From Octopus vulgaris (lineage: Eukaryota), in assembly GCA_951406725.2 (NCBI GenBank), contig OX597815.1, positions 165,168,001 through 165,232,000 of the forward strand: a stretch of 64,000 nucleotides of DNA, in the 5' to 3' direction. How positions within the stretch are numbered: the first letter of the stretch is position 1; the number at the start of each line of letters is the position of its first letter. The translations under genes and the position numbers were made by a program. The notes beneath the pieces are model-generated. The model had not been told where the DNA came from, made no database searches, and saw nothing but the letters and a program-made list of their open reading frames with translations. Shown in pieces: positions 41,342 through 54,201 of the stretch.

Positions 41342-41618
41342 ATACATTATTCACATTATTTACATTTGATGGATATTTGTCATCTTGTTTGTTGTTAACA
41401 CAACGTTTCGGCTGATATACCCTCCAGACTTCATCAGGTGTCTTGGAGAAATTTCGACTCTGGGTTCTCATTCCAAAGGTAATTTTCAATGTTGTTATTA
41501 TAATAATTATTATTATTAATTATTATTATTATTATTATTATTCAGGTCACTGCCTGGAATCGATCTCGGAATCTTGGGGTTAGTAGCCCGCGCTCTTAAC
41601 CACTACGCCATATGCCCG
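41342..41618 (-). mobile_element. tRNA-headed SINE-like element with hammerhead-containing tail
   Basis: Head GGGCATATGGCGTAGTGGTTAAGAGCGCGGGCTACTAACCCCAAGATTCCGAGATCGATTCC (A box, B-box variant), (AAT)n, then HHR at 41441-41398. Confidence 0.75.
41398..41441 (-). ncRNA. Minimal type I hammerhead motif
   Basis: acac CTGATGA A gtctg-gagggtatat-cagcc GAAAC GTT gtgt; palindromic AACGTT replaces stem III. Confidence 0.72.
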
Positions 41619-41677
41619 TAAATTGAAGAACCTGGTGTTATTTGGAATTACAGTTGGGAAAATTTGGGTAATTTTAG

Positions 41678-41723
41678 CCAATCAACAGACAGGGAGGCAT
41701 TAACAGCTTGTTACCATGACAAC
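41678..41723 (+). promoter_or_regulatory. CCAAT box plus RFX X-box-like site
   Basis: agCCAATca at 41678 and GTTACC AT GACAAC at 41710-41723. Motif match only. Confidence 0.4.
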
Positions 41724-41936
41724 CGCACGTTGTGTTGTGTTGTGTTGATTCTTCACACTACGAGATTCACTTCACCAGCATGTTTCGTTTTAGTAAAAAT
41801 TTATATTTATCAATTAGAATTTCATTGTAGATACTTTTCGTCAATTGTCTTAATATTTTACATATTTTTCATTTATTATTCATATATTTATTTTACATAT
41901 ATTTCGTATAGTATTTCTGTTTATTATTATTATTGC

Positions 41937-41968
<32 letters not shown>

Positions 41969-42001
41969 GTAGTAGTAGTAGTAGTAGTATTGTTGTTGTT
42001 G

Positions 42002-42038
<37 letters not shown>

Positions 42039-42202
42039 CATTATTATTATTATGTTTTTTCCATCTTTCTTCAAATTTTCTTCCGTTTTTCGCCGGGTGT
42101 TTTCCATACACCTAGAGCAGAGAAGCTCATTGTGTGCATTCCCAGATTACACACGCAAATTCACATTATTATTATTATTATTATTGTTGTTGTTTCAAGC
42201 CA

Positions 42203-42395
42203 TTTAATTGTATCACTCTGAAGGAGATTTTGAAAACAGAGGTGGATGCAGTAAACTATTTGCAAGAAAAGGGTGTTATCCCTAAAAAAAATGAGGTGCC
42301 GTAAATCTAGGCACGTCATGAGTAAGAAAGTGGTTCGTGGGAATTTGTTTTGGCGGTGCATTCGCAATGGTTGCTACGAATGCCTCTCAGTTGAA
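42203..42395 (+). pseudogene. Merlin/ISXO2-like transposase N-terminal Zn-ribbon fragment
   Basis: FNCITLKEILKTEVDAVNYLQEKGVIPKK/(frameshift in A run)/MRCRKSRHVMSKKVVRGNLFWRCIRNGCYECLSV resembles the LQE.G...C..C...M...WRC....C pattern. Confidence 0.55.
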
Positions 42396-43213
42396 CCCAA
42401 GTCAGGCCATAATAAGCCATTCTGTATTTTTATTGAAGATGTAATACAGCATTATTTCAAGTGTTCTTCATTGAAAATTTTTTAGAGTATAGTGTGAGGG
42501 ATATTTGGCTGTTAATTCTAGCAACACACAGAGATTACTTCATTGGCTCATTTGCTGATGTGTATAAGTAAACAAAAACTAAAGGAAATGGGCTGATTTT
42601 GTGAATGAATTTAACTAGATCCTATGTATTTTCTATGACGATCATTCCAGCTGTATGATCAACTGAACTGGTTTCAACTGGTACTTACTTTATCAACCCT
42701 CAAAGGATGAACGGCAAAGTCAACCTAGGTGGAATTTGAACTCAGCATGTAAAGCATCTTGTCCAGCGTGTTAATGATTCTGTTGGCTTGTAGTCTTATG
42801 GTTACACATTCTAATAACATATAACTGGCTGAGTGTATACCACAGCACACATCACTTGCACATATATATTAATGATGTACATAAAATACATGACAGGTAT
42901 GCATAATACTGAAATATGCATAAGTCAAGCACATGCAGACAAATATATTGTACAACCTTAACGTTGACACCGCTACAACGCAGAAAATTTCTGTCTCACT
43001 ACTGGCTAAAAATACAGTTTTTTTCGATTTTTAAACATCTGTAACTTTTTCGTCAAATTTTTTTCTCTGCAAGATCATGGCTTCACAGGAATAAGAGTGG
43101 AAAACTGCTTCAATATAACCGATTTTCAGATTTTTTAGTTCCTTTTAAAAAATGCGGATTCTGTGAATAAATTTAACTAGATCTAGTATATATGTATACT
43201 TATTTCTTATATA

Positions 43214-43394
43214 CAGAGGGGACAAACAAGGACAGACATAGGTATTAAGTCGATTACATCGACCCCAGTGCGTAACTGGTACTTAATTTATCGACCCCGA
43301 AAGGATGAAAGGCAAAGTCGACCTCGGCGGAATTTGAACTCACAATGTAACGACAGACGAAATACGGCTACGCATTTCGCCCGGCGTGCTAACG
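43214..43394 (-). mobile_element. SINE family B
   Basis: Homologous to 49313-49549. Confidence 0.85.
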
Positions 43395-44417
43395 TTTCTG
43401 CCAGCTCGCCGCCTATAAAGTATATATGTATACCTTTTATCTTTCACCGCTTTGAGGAATTTTAGTGGAACTAATCTGGGACATATTCTATCTGGTACGT
43501 ATTCTATCAATAACTTTTGCCGAACCGCTAAGTTACGGGGATGTAAACACACCAACATCGGTTATCAAGTGGTGGCGGCGGCGGACGGACGAACACACGT
43601 ACACACATACAACGAATTTCTTTCAGTTTCGTCTACCCAATCCACTCACAGGGTTTGGTCAACCTGAGGCTATAATAAAAGATGTTTGCCCAAGGCGCCA
43701 CACAATGGGAGTGAACTCGGAACTATGTGTAATATTATAGTACAAAAATAAAAAAAAACACGAAGACGAGGTAAAAACAAATAAATGATGCATTAGGTAG
43801 ACGCTCAGGAAATTTGGAAGAAGTCTTTAACGTCTCGGGCATACGCTCTTCTAAGGAAAGCATAGATGAGGAAAAAGAAAGATTAGAAAGAAAAGAACGT
43901 GTCTCAACAAGACGGTCCCTGCATGGCTGTCATTGAGTTTGTCTCCCACCATCGCTTGAAAATTGGTGACGGTTTGTTTATGTCCCTACCACTTAGCGGT
44001 TTCTTTCGGCCACAGAGACCAATAGAATAAGTACCAGACTTGAATAATAAGTATGGGATGGGAGTGGGGGAGGAGGACTGATATCTTCGATCAACTCCTT
44101 CAGTGCAGAGTTTCAGCATGGCTGCAGTCCAATGACTGAAACCGGCAGAAGTTGAAAGATAATCTACGCTATATTGACATTGTAGTAATTAATACGAACG
44201 GTCCAGCTTCAGGGGGATTTTCTTTGAAAATAATTGATTTCTTACTGAAATGTCACACACATATCCGTGCAGAAATCAAGAACTTCCTTCTTTAAGTTTC
44301 CGATATAGCATCTCGAAGGTAATTTATTTATCTAAATTAAGGTGACGCCAATGACTTTGAAATATCAGTGAATGCACGCGTGGTTGTCTATCTATGCGTG
44401 TGAATATCTCTCTGTCG

Positions 44418-44500
<83 letters not shown>

Positions 44501-44677
44501 GTGAGTGTGTGTGTATGTATGTGTATATATGTATATATATATGTATGTATATCTGTATGTGTAAATATATATGTGTATATACATATATATATATATGCAT
44601 GTGTATATATGTATGCATATATATGTGTATATATATATGTATGTATATCTGTATGTGTGTGTATATATATATATATG

Positions 44678-44724
<47 letters not shown>

Positions 44725-44803
44725 ATGTATGTGTTTGTGTGTATATATATTTGTATGTATGTATGTGTATTTATTTATATGTATGTGCATATATATTTGT
44801 ATG

Positions 44804-44842
<39 letters not shown>

Positions 44843-45372
44843 CAGACACATGTGCGCATATATATATATCCATACTTATATTCATATGCATATATATATA
44901 TACATATGTATATGTACACATAAGCTTAATTAGTTTCGTATATACAAACACACGTTTTTCCACACATTCGTATATGTGTAGGTTCTGTGTACACACAACA
45001 TATACACTATACACACACTTCACTCCGTCTCCGTATATTTTAAAAGCATTCGTTATGAAAATTTCCAGTTACAATTTCCTGGCTCGTTTTGCATCAACAC
45101 TTTTTTACTTTGACTCCAATTTTTTTTTAGAAAATAAAACTCATATTAAATTGCTTAGTATTTCCACAGATCTTATAAAATATTCTGTTCACAGGAGAAT
45201 GAAATTTGTTTATAAATATTTTAATTCCGACTTTCTAACATTATTAATAATGCTGCGCAGGTGAGAAAATATCGGTTGTCTGGTAGAATCTTGTAAGCAT
45301 GTTACCTACGTTCTGATTTCGAATTCCGCTGCGGTTTTAAATGTGTCTTTGGTAATTTCAAGGTTGATAAAA

Positions 45373-45776
45373 GGATCTTTTCGGTTTGAACGGCAGTTTT
45401 TTAAAATAATTTCCACGTAACTAAACATTTTAAAACTTCGTATACTGGTAGAATGTGTTTATAAAACATCTTTTTCTTTTGGCTTTATTGAGAAAATTCA
45501 ATAGTTTGTAAGATATTTGTTGTTTTTTTCTTCAATTTCTTCAATTTCAACCAATCATTGACGTCTTTTGAGGTGAAAACATTCTCTGCCGTATGAAAAT
45601 GTCCCTCGTTTAAGACACAGATTAGGTTTATTTACATTTCTGAAGAAAAAAAATACCCTTTCCCCCCACCCCTAACCCAGATTGAAATGCAATAGATCGA
45701 TACTAGGGTCATAATTATGGATGACAATTTCATATGACACTGCTAGAAAAAACTGCCGTTCAAACCGAAAAGATCC
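45373..45776. mobile_element. Merlin-like MITE, copy 1
   Basis: About 28-bp perfect TIR ggatcttttcggtttgaacggcagtttt; 8-bp TSD tgataaaa. Confidence 0.9.
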
Positions 45777-46625
45777 TGATAAAATAATGGTTTCAAATTT
45801 TGACACAAGGCCAGCAATCTTTAAGGGGTAGGGAAGGGGCTGGTGAGAGAGGAGTTGGGTGTTGTACGTCGATTATATCAACTCCAGTGTTCAAAGGGTG
45901 CTTATTTTATCGATCTCCGCAAGCACAAAAGGTAAAGTCGACGTCGGTGGAGTCTGAGCGTAGAACGTAATGATCCGAAAGAAATAGTTGCTAAGCATTT
46001 TTGCCCGAATCCGCTAACGATTCTGCCAGCTCGCCGTCTCCAGGTCGATAGAATAACATACCAGTCAAGTAACCTAGAGCTGGTTTAACAGACTATTCCA
46101 CCAGCTCAAAAATAGATAAATAAATAAATACAACTGTTTTCAACTAAGTTATAAAATCAATAATATTTTGATAAGATCAGACGCTGACGAAATTGAAGTA
46201 TTTCTTTGAAAAAAAAATATGGCGAATGAAATCCTACTGACAGCTCAAGAATGCATGGAAAACTTCGCTAGAAGTAAAAAAAATGAAAAAAACACAGTAA
46301 ATAAATCAGTGAATTGTATGTCTCTTATTCCTTATATTTCCTCAATTTCAAATTCAATTTTTTAATCCCACCTCATATTATTAAGAAAAGATTATTTCCC
46401 TTGTAATAGCTGTGACCACAGGGGGAATCACGAGCGTATATTAATCTTAAATATTGGGAAAATCTCACAATGAATATACATTTACAGCCAGTTCAGAACA
46501 AGTACCTAAATCTTAGAGAGACCAACATTATCCCCAAACCATCGTAAAACCTGCTTCTTTTCCTTCTTAGACAACATACGCTTGTTATTGCAGTAATATC
46601 CAACTTATTAAAATCAATTAACTAC

Positions 46626-47038
46626 TTTACTCTTTTACTCTTTTACTTGTTTCAGTCATTTGACTGCGGCCATGCTGGAGCACCGCCTTTAATCGAGCAA
46701 CTCGACCCCGGAACTTATTCTTTGTAAGCCTAGTACTTATTCTATCGGTCTCTTTTGCCGAACCGCTAAGTGACGGGGACATAAACACACCAGCATCGGT
46801 TGTCAAGCAATGCTATGGGGACAAACACAGACACACAAACACACACACGCATACATACATATATATACATATATACGACGGGCTTCTTTCAGTTTCCGTC
46901 TACCAAATCCACTCACAAGGCTTTGGTCGGCCCGAGGCTATAGTAGAAGACACTTGCCCAAGGTGCCACGCAGTGGGACTGAACCCGGAACCATGTGGTT
47001 GGTAGACAGGCTACTTACCACACAGCCACTCCTGCGCC
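46626..47038 (-). mobile_element. SINE family A, full-length reference-like copy
   Basis: Head ggcgcaggagtggctgtgtggtaag...gggttcagtccc; tail (agagtaaa)n; CpGs intact. Confidence 0.9.
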
Positions 47039-47329
47039 TTAATATATTTTGGGAGAAAAGTTCTCTGGTAAAGGGTTTATATCTTAACTTACCCAGTGCA
47101 ATTAGTCATTATCGAGTACAGATACATTCCCAGATTTATTCTTTTAACGCATTTAAAATATTTACGCTGATGGAGTTCGAATGATTCAATATTGCAAAAC
47201 ATTTGATGACATGTGACTATGTTCAAATGCCTTCCAGTCGCGACCAATCTTTTGTTTTTTCTTTTTTTTTCGCGATGTACCTAGAACTTCGTTAGCCGAT
47301 ATGCTCTTCTCTTGTTTAAGACTGTGAAG

Positions 47330-47738
47330 GGATCTTTTCGGTTTGAACGGCAGTTTTTTCTAGCGGTGTCATATGAAATTGTCACCCATAATTATGACCC
47401 TAGTATCGATCTATTGCATTTCAATCTGTTTTAGGGTTAGGGTTAGGGGTGGGGCGAAGGATATCTTTTTTCTTCACAAATGTAAAAAAAACCCAATCTG
47501 TTTCTTAAACGAGGGACATATTCATACGGCACAGAATGTTTTTTTACCTCAATGGACGTCATTGATTGGCTGAAATTGAAGAAAAACAACAACAAATATC
47601 TTACAAACAATAGAATTTTCTCAATAAAGCCAAGAGAAAAAGATGTTTTATAAACACATTCTACCAGTATACGAAGTTTAAATTTTTTTAGTTACCTAGA
47701 AATTAAGTTAAAAACTGCCGTTCAAACCGAAAAGATCC
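47330..47738. mobile_element. Merlin-like MITE, copy 2 (opposite orientation)
   Basis: Same TIR; 8-bp TSD ctgtgaag; internal (TTAGGG)3 at about 47431-47448. Confidence 0.9.
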
Positions 47739-48919
47739 CTGTGAAGGCCTAATGTAAGGACAATTTGGTTGACATTTGTCGCAATTTGTACAACTACAGA
47801 AGCACCTTCGTCGGCTTTTCAGGGATCAGTTTCCACAACAGGTTACAGTTTGTTATATAAACGACCTTTGTTTAAAGCATAAAAATGTGTTATATAATAT
47901 CATTTTTGTCGCTTATGCAAGACAGCAGCATTTTTCATATTAAATAAAAAGATAAAATGAAGAAAAAATGGCTGCTACATAATAAGAATTAACGAATAAA
48001 ATAGTAAGTCGTGCTCCCCCCACCCTGACCCCGGATTCCTTAATGTTAATAACATAGTTATTCTTTTATACTGTAATTGTCTTTAATTTTCACTCATTTC
48101 CCTTAATTTTTATTTTTTCTGACTAATTTTCTAAATTGATATTACTCAATTTCAGCTTCTTTTATCTCTCCCTCTCTCTTATTTCTTTATTTGGTTTCAG
48201 AAGGAACATTTTTGAATTTAATTATTTTTGTATTTTAGAGAGAGAAAGAGAGCGGGGTGGGGTGGGGGGTTGAAAATAAAGCTAAAATAGAACAGTTTAT
48301 CAATTTGAGTAATTTTAATTCTTTTTTTTCAAAATTTGTTGAACATGATTTAGGAAGTTCATTTAGTCTAAGTTTATTTTTTAGGATTTTTCTGAAGGAC
48401 TGCTGATATGTTCCCATTTATGAAAGGATCTAATTCATTCTCCACCCCACCACAATTCTCTCTCTCTCTTTCTCCTTGTTACATTGTATTTTTTTGTAAA
48501 TGACACATACACACACACACACACTACATCGAAGCACTTCATTCACTATCGAAATAATAAAAAACAAGAATCTCGCAAAACTTCTATATCAAAAGCATTA
48601 TTAGTTGAGGAAACAATAACAACAAATATAATTCTTACTACTTTAGATAATTTTGGGGCGTTCAACCTAGTGCTGTTACCACGATAGGCTGAAGAGGAAA
48701 GTCGACCTCCGCGGAATTTCAACTCACAAAATAAAGAGACGGAAAAAACGTGGACCAGCAATGTTTTCGACATGCCGACGATTCTGTCAATCCACCGCCC
48801 TCTGCAACAAGGTTAATGATAATAATAACGCCTTCTTATTTTAGCATGGTACTTCATTTTGTTGACTTCGGAGGACAGAGGGATTCGAACGGAGAGCATA
48901 AAGAACCGGAACAAATATC

Positions 48920-49549
48920 GGTTTCACATTTTGGTACAAGGCCAGCAATTTCAGAGGAGGGCTAAGGCGATTACATTGATCCCAGTGCTTAACTGGTACT
49001 TATTTTATCGACTCCGAAAGGATGAAAGGCAAAGTCGACCTCGGCAGAATTTGAACTCGGAACGTAAAGACGGACGAAATTCCGCTAAACATTTTGCCTG
49101 GCGAGTTAACGATTCTGCCAGCTCGTAGCACTGAAAAAAAAAATGAATATTGGTTTCAAATTTTGGAACAAGACCAGCAGGCTTGAGGGAGGGGCCAAGT
49201 CGATTACATCGATCCCAGTGTTCAACTGGTACTTATTTTATAGACTTCGAAAGGATGAATGGCAAAGTCGACTTCGGTGGAATTTGAACTGAAGACGTGA
49301 AGATGGAAGAAATACCTATTTCTTTACTACCCACAAGGGACTAAACACAGAGGGGACAAACAAAGACAGACAAACGGATTAAGTCGATTACATCGAACCC
49401 AGCGCGTAACTGGTACTTAATTTATCGACCCCGAAAGGAAGAAAGGCAAAGTCGACCTCGGCGGAATTTGAACTCAGAACGTAACGACAGACGAAATACG
49501 GCTACGCATTTCGCCCGGCGTGCTAACGTTTCTGCCAGCTCACCGCCTT
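48920..49549 (-). mobile_element. Tandem/nested SINE family B cluster
   Basis: Copies at about 48920-49127, 49150-49315 and 49313-49549, all in the same orientation. Confidence 0.85.
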
Positions 49550-49742
49550 GAAATAATAAATATCGACGCTGTAACGATTCTGCCAACCCACTGCTCAAAA
49601 AGCCATGATAATGGTTTCTGATTTACGCACAATGAAAGAGAAAGTAATATAAATCAAAGAGAAAGTCAGAGCTTTCTTTTAGTTGGAGTTTTCACTTAGT
49701 TATTACTTACAGCTGAAGAAATTTGAAAGAAGCATAACCAGA

Positions 49743-51060
49743 ATGGCTACTTTTAGTACACAAGACAAAGCTGACAACACTGATTTGAAATTTGATTATG
49801 TTGTTAACAACAAATACGGACCTCATATGTCCAAAAGCGAAAAGGCAAACCTACGTAGGCCCTCTAAGCATTATGTTGCACGATGTGGTCAACTCTACTA
49901 TTGTCACAGAGCCGAGAGAGTAAGAAATACTGAAAATGAATACCGGGAAGTCTTGGTCATTCGCAATCCGGATGAACAGAACAGTATTATTTCAAGTGTT
50001 CACATGGGTTGTGGAGATAGTGATACTGCCCGCTGCTTTGGGAAGTCATCTTGGTGTCGACAGAAGAAGGGCTAAAATTTTAGAGAGATTTTATTGGAAA
50101 AAATGTGAACAAAGACACGAAGGAGTTCGTTTTGTCTTGTGATCAGTGTTGAAAAGTGAACCCTGTTCATAAAATTATGTTGGAAATTTCATCCTGTTCC
50201 TGTGCCAAATGAAATGATGGCCCAAGTTGGTGTCGATATCACCAATTTGCCGAAAATAGATGATGGTTATTGTTGCATTGTTGTTGCATTGGATTTCTTT
50301 TCCAAATGGTCTGTGGCTTGACCGTTGAAAGACCACATAGCGGAAAGTGTGAGAAAGTTTCTCTTTGAGGATGTTATATGTCGGCATCGCTGTATAAAAA
50401 TTCAGATAAATGACCAAGGAAGAGAATTCGTGAACAGAGTGTCTGCAGAACTACCTAAACTGACGGAAACACAGTAGCATATAAGTGCTTATCACCCTCA
50501 AGCAAATGGCCTCGTGAAGCAACAGAATCACACTATAAAAGATGCTTTTATCAAACTGGGTTGAATGCTTACCAGAAGTTTTGTTTACGTATCAAACAGC
50601 CAAACATTCTTCAACACATTTTACCCCGTTTCAAATTTTATACAATAGGCAAGCTACACTTCAAGTTGAACTACAGCACAACCCAATTGCCAAAGATCGG
50701 GACAGTTTTGGAAATGATCAATCTATATCCAGAAAAATTGATGTTATGACAGCTATTCGGGACAGTATGATTTCTCGAGTTGCCTCCAATATTAGAATAG
50801 CTCAGTCCGTTCAACCCCCACCCCCACCCAAAAAACCCCAAATAATACGATAGAAAACACAAGCAACAGCAGTTCAATATAAAAAATAAAGTTCTGCTCA
50901 AAAACCTAATTCAAGAGGACAGAAAGGGAGGACATTTTATGGAACACCGCACAGGTCCTTACACTGTTGCAGAAGTTTGTGGCAAAAATACCTATCGACT
51001 TTCAAATAATAAAGTACTAGAAAAGAAAGTAAATGCAACTTCACTCTATATATTGAGCAA
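49743..51060 (+). pseudogene. Ginger/GIN-type stand-alone gypsy-like integrase (DNA transposase), disrupted
   Basis: Y..NKYGP..KANLRR..HY N-terminal motif, H..HLG..ERFYW..CDQC zinc finger, VGVD, DFFSKW, NDQGREF, SAYHPQANGL, TPFQILYNR, RKGG..GPYTV. No RT or RNase H upstream. Confidence 0.88.
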
Positions 51061-51554
51061 CAACCAGCAAGTTAAAAAAAAACGAAAAACAAATACGAAA
51101 ATCAAGATACCCAAGCTCCAAACTAAAAACAAACAAACTGCAGTGATGTTTTAATGTATATAAATACATTTCGTTACCAATTTAAGGTGTATAAATTTCG
51201 GTTTGTGTATAAAACACATCGTTCTTCAAATCAATCTCTTATCATTACATTCTGTCAACATCCATCGGTTACATATCTATAGAAAAAAGTACTCCAATCC
51301 AAATAACTTGCTCAAAAAAACCGTTTTTATTTAAAAGCAATTGCAAACACAGAATCTCTAATATGTTTTTTTCGCAGTGCATCATAAAAGTGTTTTAAAA
51401 AATCTAATATTTTTGTCTTATTTTCATATTTTAAGATTAGTTTACAATCTTGAATGTAATCCGTGTTTAATGTTATAAAATATATCAGTTGTAAGTCTTA
51501 GAATTTATTATTTTAGCAAAATTATTGACGGAGTAATGTGAACAGCGCAGGGAT

Positions 51555-51656
51555 AATTGAAATCTGTTTCAGGTTACTCCCACGGTAATCTGAAATTGAT
51601 TTCAGATTACCGGGAGGTAGTTTGAAATGGGGAGGAGGTAATTTGAAATGTTTACA
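51555..51656. repeat. Probable right TIR of the Ginger element
   Basis: Internally repetitive (ggtaatctgaaa / tttcagattacc / ggtaatttgaaa), ends ...tgtttACA followed by ccgg. Left TIR not found. Confidence 0.55.
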
Positions 51657-52479
51657 CCGGGATGGGGAGGGGATGAAAGGCAAAGTTTACCTCGGCGTGA
51701 TTTGAACTCGGAACTGGAGGAAATACTGCAAGGCACGCACAACGTGGAGTCAAAAGCAACTAAAGAATGGTTCTGTTCGATGCTCTACGATTCTGCCAAT
51801 TCATCGTCTTCATAATAATGATTTCTGATATAAACATAAAGACGCTTTTTTCCTTTTTTTGCTAGGAGATTATATCTATCCTAGTGGGTCACTGATACTT
51901 TACTTTATCAACCATGAAACGATGAAAGGCAAAGTCGGCCCTGGGGGAATTTGAACTCAGAATATAAAGGAACATATCTAAAAGCAGTAGTTTAATTTTA
52001 ACTGCCGTTACAGATTCTTTCATACAGCGCCTTCAATTATTTCTTACAGATTTGGCAGGAGAAAGTAAAGTGTCTTTCGATGATTGAATCAACTGGAGTT
52101 CTCGAATGCTTGTTTTTATCGGCCTTCTAGACAGGTCTTCTTATAAGCATTATATGGTCCCGGGTAAATCAATGCACTGGACCATATAGTATTTATTTAT
52201 TGGCAACAGGCTACAACATACATAGATCAAGATTGGGCTTCTAGACTCGTTAGACACCCTAGTAATTTAAAACGGCATTACTATCAGAAGGATGAAGGAC
52301 AAAATCTTCCTCTGAGGGATTTGAACTCGGACCATAGAGGTGAATGGTAATTAAACGCTGCAATTATGTTGACCTCGGTGTTCAACTGATACTTATTTTT
52401 GTCGGCCTCGGCAGAATTTGAACTCAGAACGTAAAGACGGACAAAATGCCGCTCGCCGCTTTATCTGAATTTAGATATT

Positions 52480-52744
52480 TTATTTATTTATTTATGCGCC
52501 CTTCTCAAGCCTAGCCAGGTTCATGGGCCCGGTTTCCCGGTTTCTGTGGCGTATGTGTTCCCCCCAGCTGGACGGGACGCCAGTCCATCGCAGCGTTACT
52601 CATTTTTGCCAGCTGAGCGGACTGGAGCAACGTGAAATGAAGTGTTTTGCTCAAGAACACAACGCGTCGCCCGGTCCAGGAATCGAAACCACAATCTTAC
52701 AATCGTGATGCTGACACCCTAACCACTAAGCCACGCGCCTCCAC
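52480..52744 (-). mobile_element. SINE family C, young full-length copy
   Basis: A box tggcttagtgg, B box gtttcgattcc, (TAAA)n tail, 12-bp TSD aatttagatatt. Confidence 0.9.
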
Positions 52745-54201
52745 AATTTAGATATTAGCATTTGATTAACATTTCTTTTTAATGTGACGTCAACGTTAAG
52801 ATACATATGGTGTTTGAACAACAATAACAGACTTTATGTCTTCAACACTGACCTAGCTCACCCTGCTGTGTTTACTTCATGCTTCCTTTAGACATAGGAT
52901 CATTTGCACAAAGCCCGCCCCCCGCCATTACTGCTCCCAACACCATCATCTTACGCATTCTGGGAATATTCACGAATATTACTAAAACCAAATATTCTCT
53001 TTGTTATTTTCTCCCTAAGACAAGCCAGGCCTATATATTTACATATCGAAATAACAGCAAAACTATCCGTCCGTCAATACAGTTTTCATATGCGCAAGTA
53101 TAAATACAACTGACAGAACATTTGTGAAAACACAATTCTCTATGAAAATTCATTCATCTTTGTATATAAGAACACGAATTATCTTTTACAATGCCACATG
53201 CGCGTTTGCTATCGTTCACATACACGATGACCTCTTAATCACCATCGCTTTTTTACACTTACTCCACCACCATTACCACCCCCGACACAGCCATAAAAAA
53301 ACACACACATGTCGGCATGATTAACATAAAGACAACATTCCCTTTTGTTTGCTTTCTCATCATACCCTCTCCACACAATATAAAAAGAAATGTAAAAAGG
53401 AAAAAAAAAAAAAATAAAGGAAAATGGAAAGATAATCATTTGGCCTGAATAATATTTCTGTAGTCAGCTTTTGTCCTTTTGGCTCTCTGTCCAAATATGG
53501 GAGGGAGAAGATAGAAATGAGAAGATAGAAAGAAGAAGATGGAAGAGAGGAGTTCTTCAAGTGAAATTAGGTCACAGATTGAGGTTGGAACGAAAATTGT
53601 TAAATGGCCTTTAGAACTATCTTCCCTTGATATTTCCTCGCTACATTTTGAATCAAACAAAAGCCACACAAGACTCGCACGGAAGGACAAATTAAATCAA
53701 AGACAATCTCAATTAATTTATCGTTCGTTAAACAACGATTCTATTTCTGTACCAATTCAATCCAAATGTTTTTCACAATATTTACTACAATATTTGCAAT
53801 GAACCTTGGTGACAAGCCATGCAGGCACCTAAATTCTCGAACTAATGACTTTCCTTTGCTACGTTCATTGGTGGAATTGAAAGATAAAAAGAAAAAAAAT
53901 CTGGAACGGATTATAGAAAAATTGTGTTATTATTCGTCCATTTTCTTTTTACTAAAGTTAATAACCAAGAAAGAAAACTAAAAGGATGTGTTAACTAAAT
54001 TAATTACCGTTAGCCATTTTATGTCATATCTCGTAGAAAAATAAGGGAATATATATATATATATATATATATATACAGGGAAAGTTTACGAAAATAAACA
54101 AAAGACGAAGGCAGGTGATGTACAAACAAACAGATGTATTAGTATAGCGCTCAGGGATCCAAGAGTTATTATTGATCCAATCTAAAGACCATGAATGGAA
54201 T

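Noticed and set aside
41543-41617. Functional tRNA gene (anticodon ACT)
   Set aside because: Acceptor and T stems pair poorly; interpreted as a SINE head.
44324-45264. Long ORFs rich in Y/I/C/V/H/T (also 6083-6700, 13598-14515, 37355-37893, 38860-39573)
   Set aside because: Translations of (TA)n/(CA)n/(TCTA)n microsatellites.
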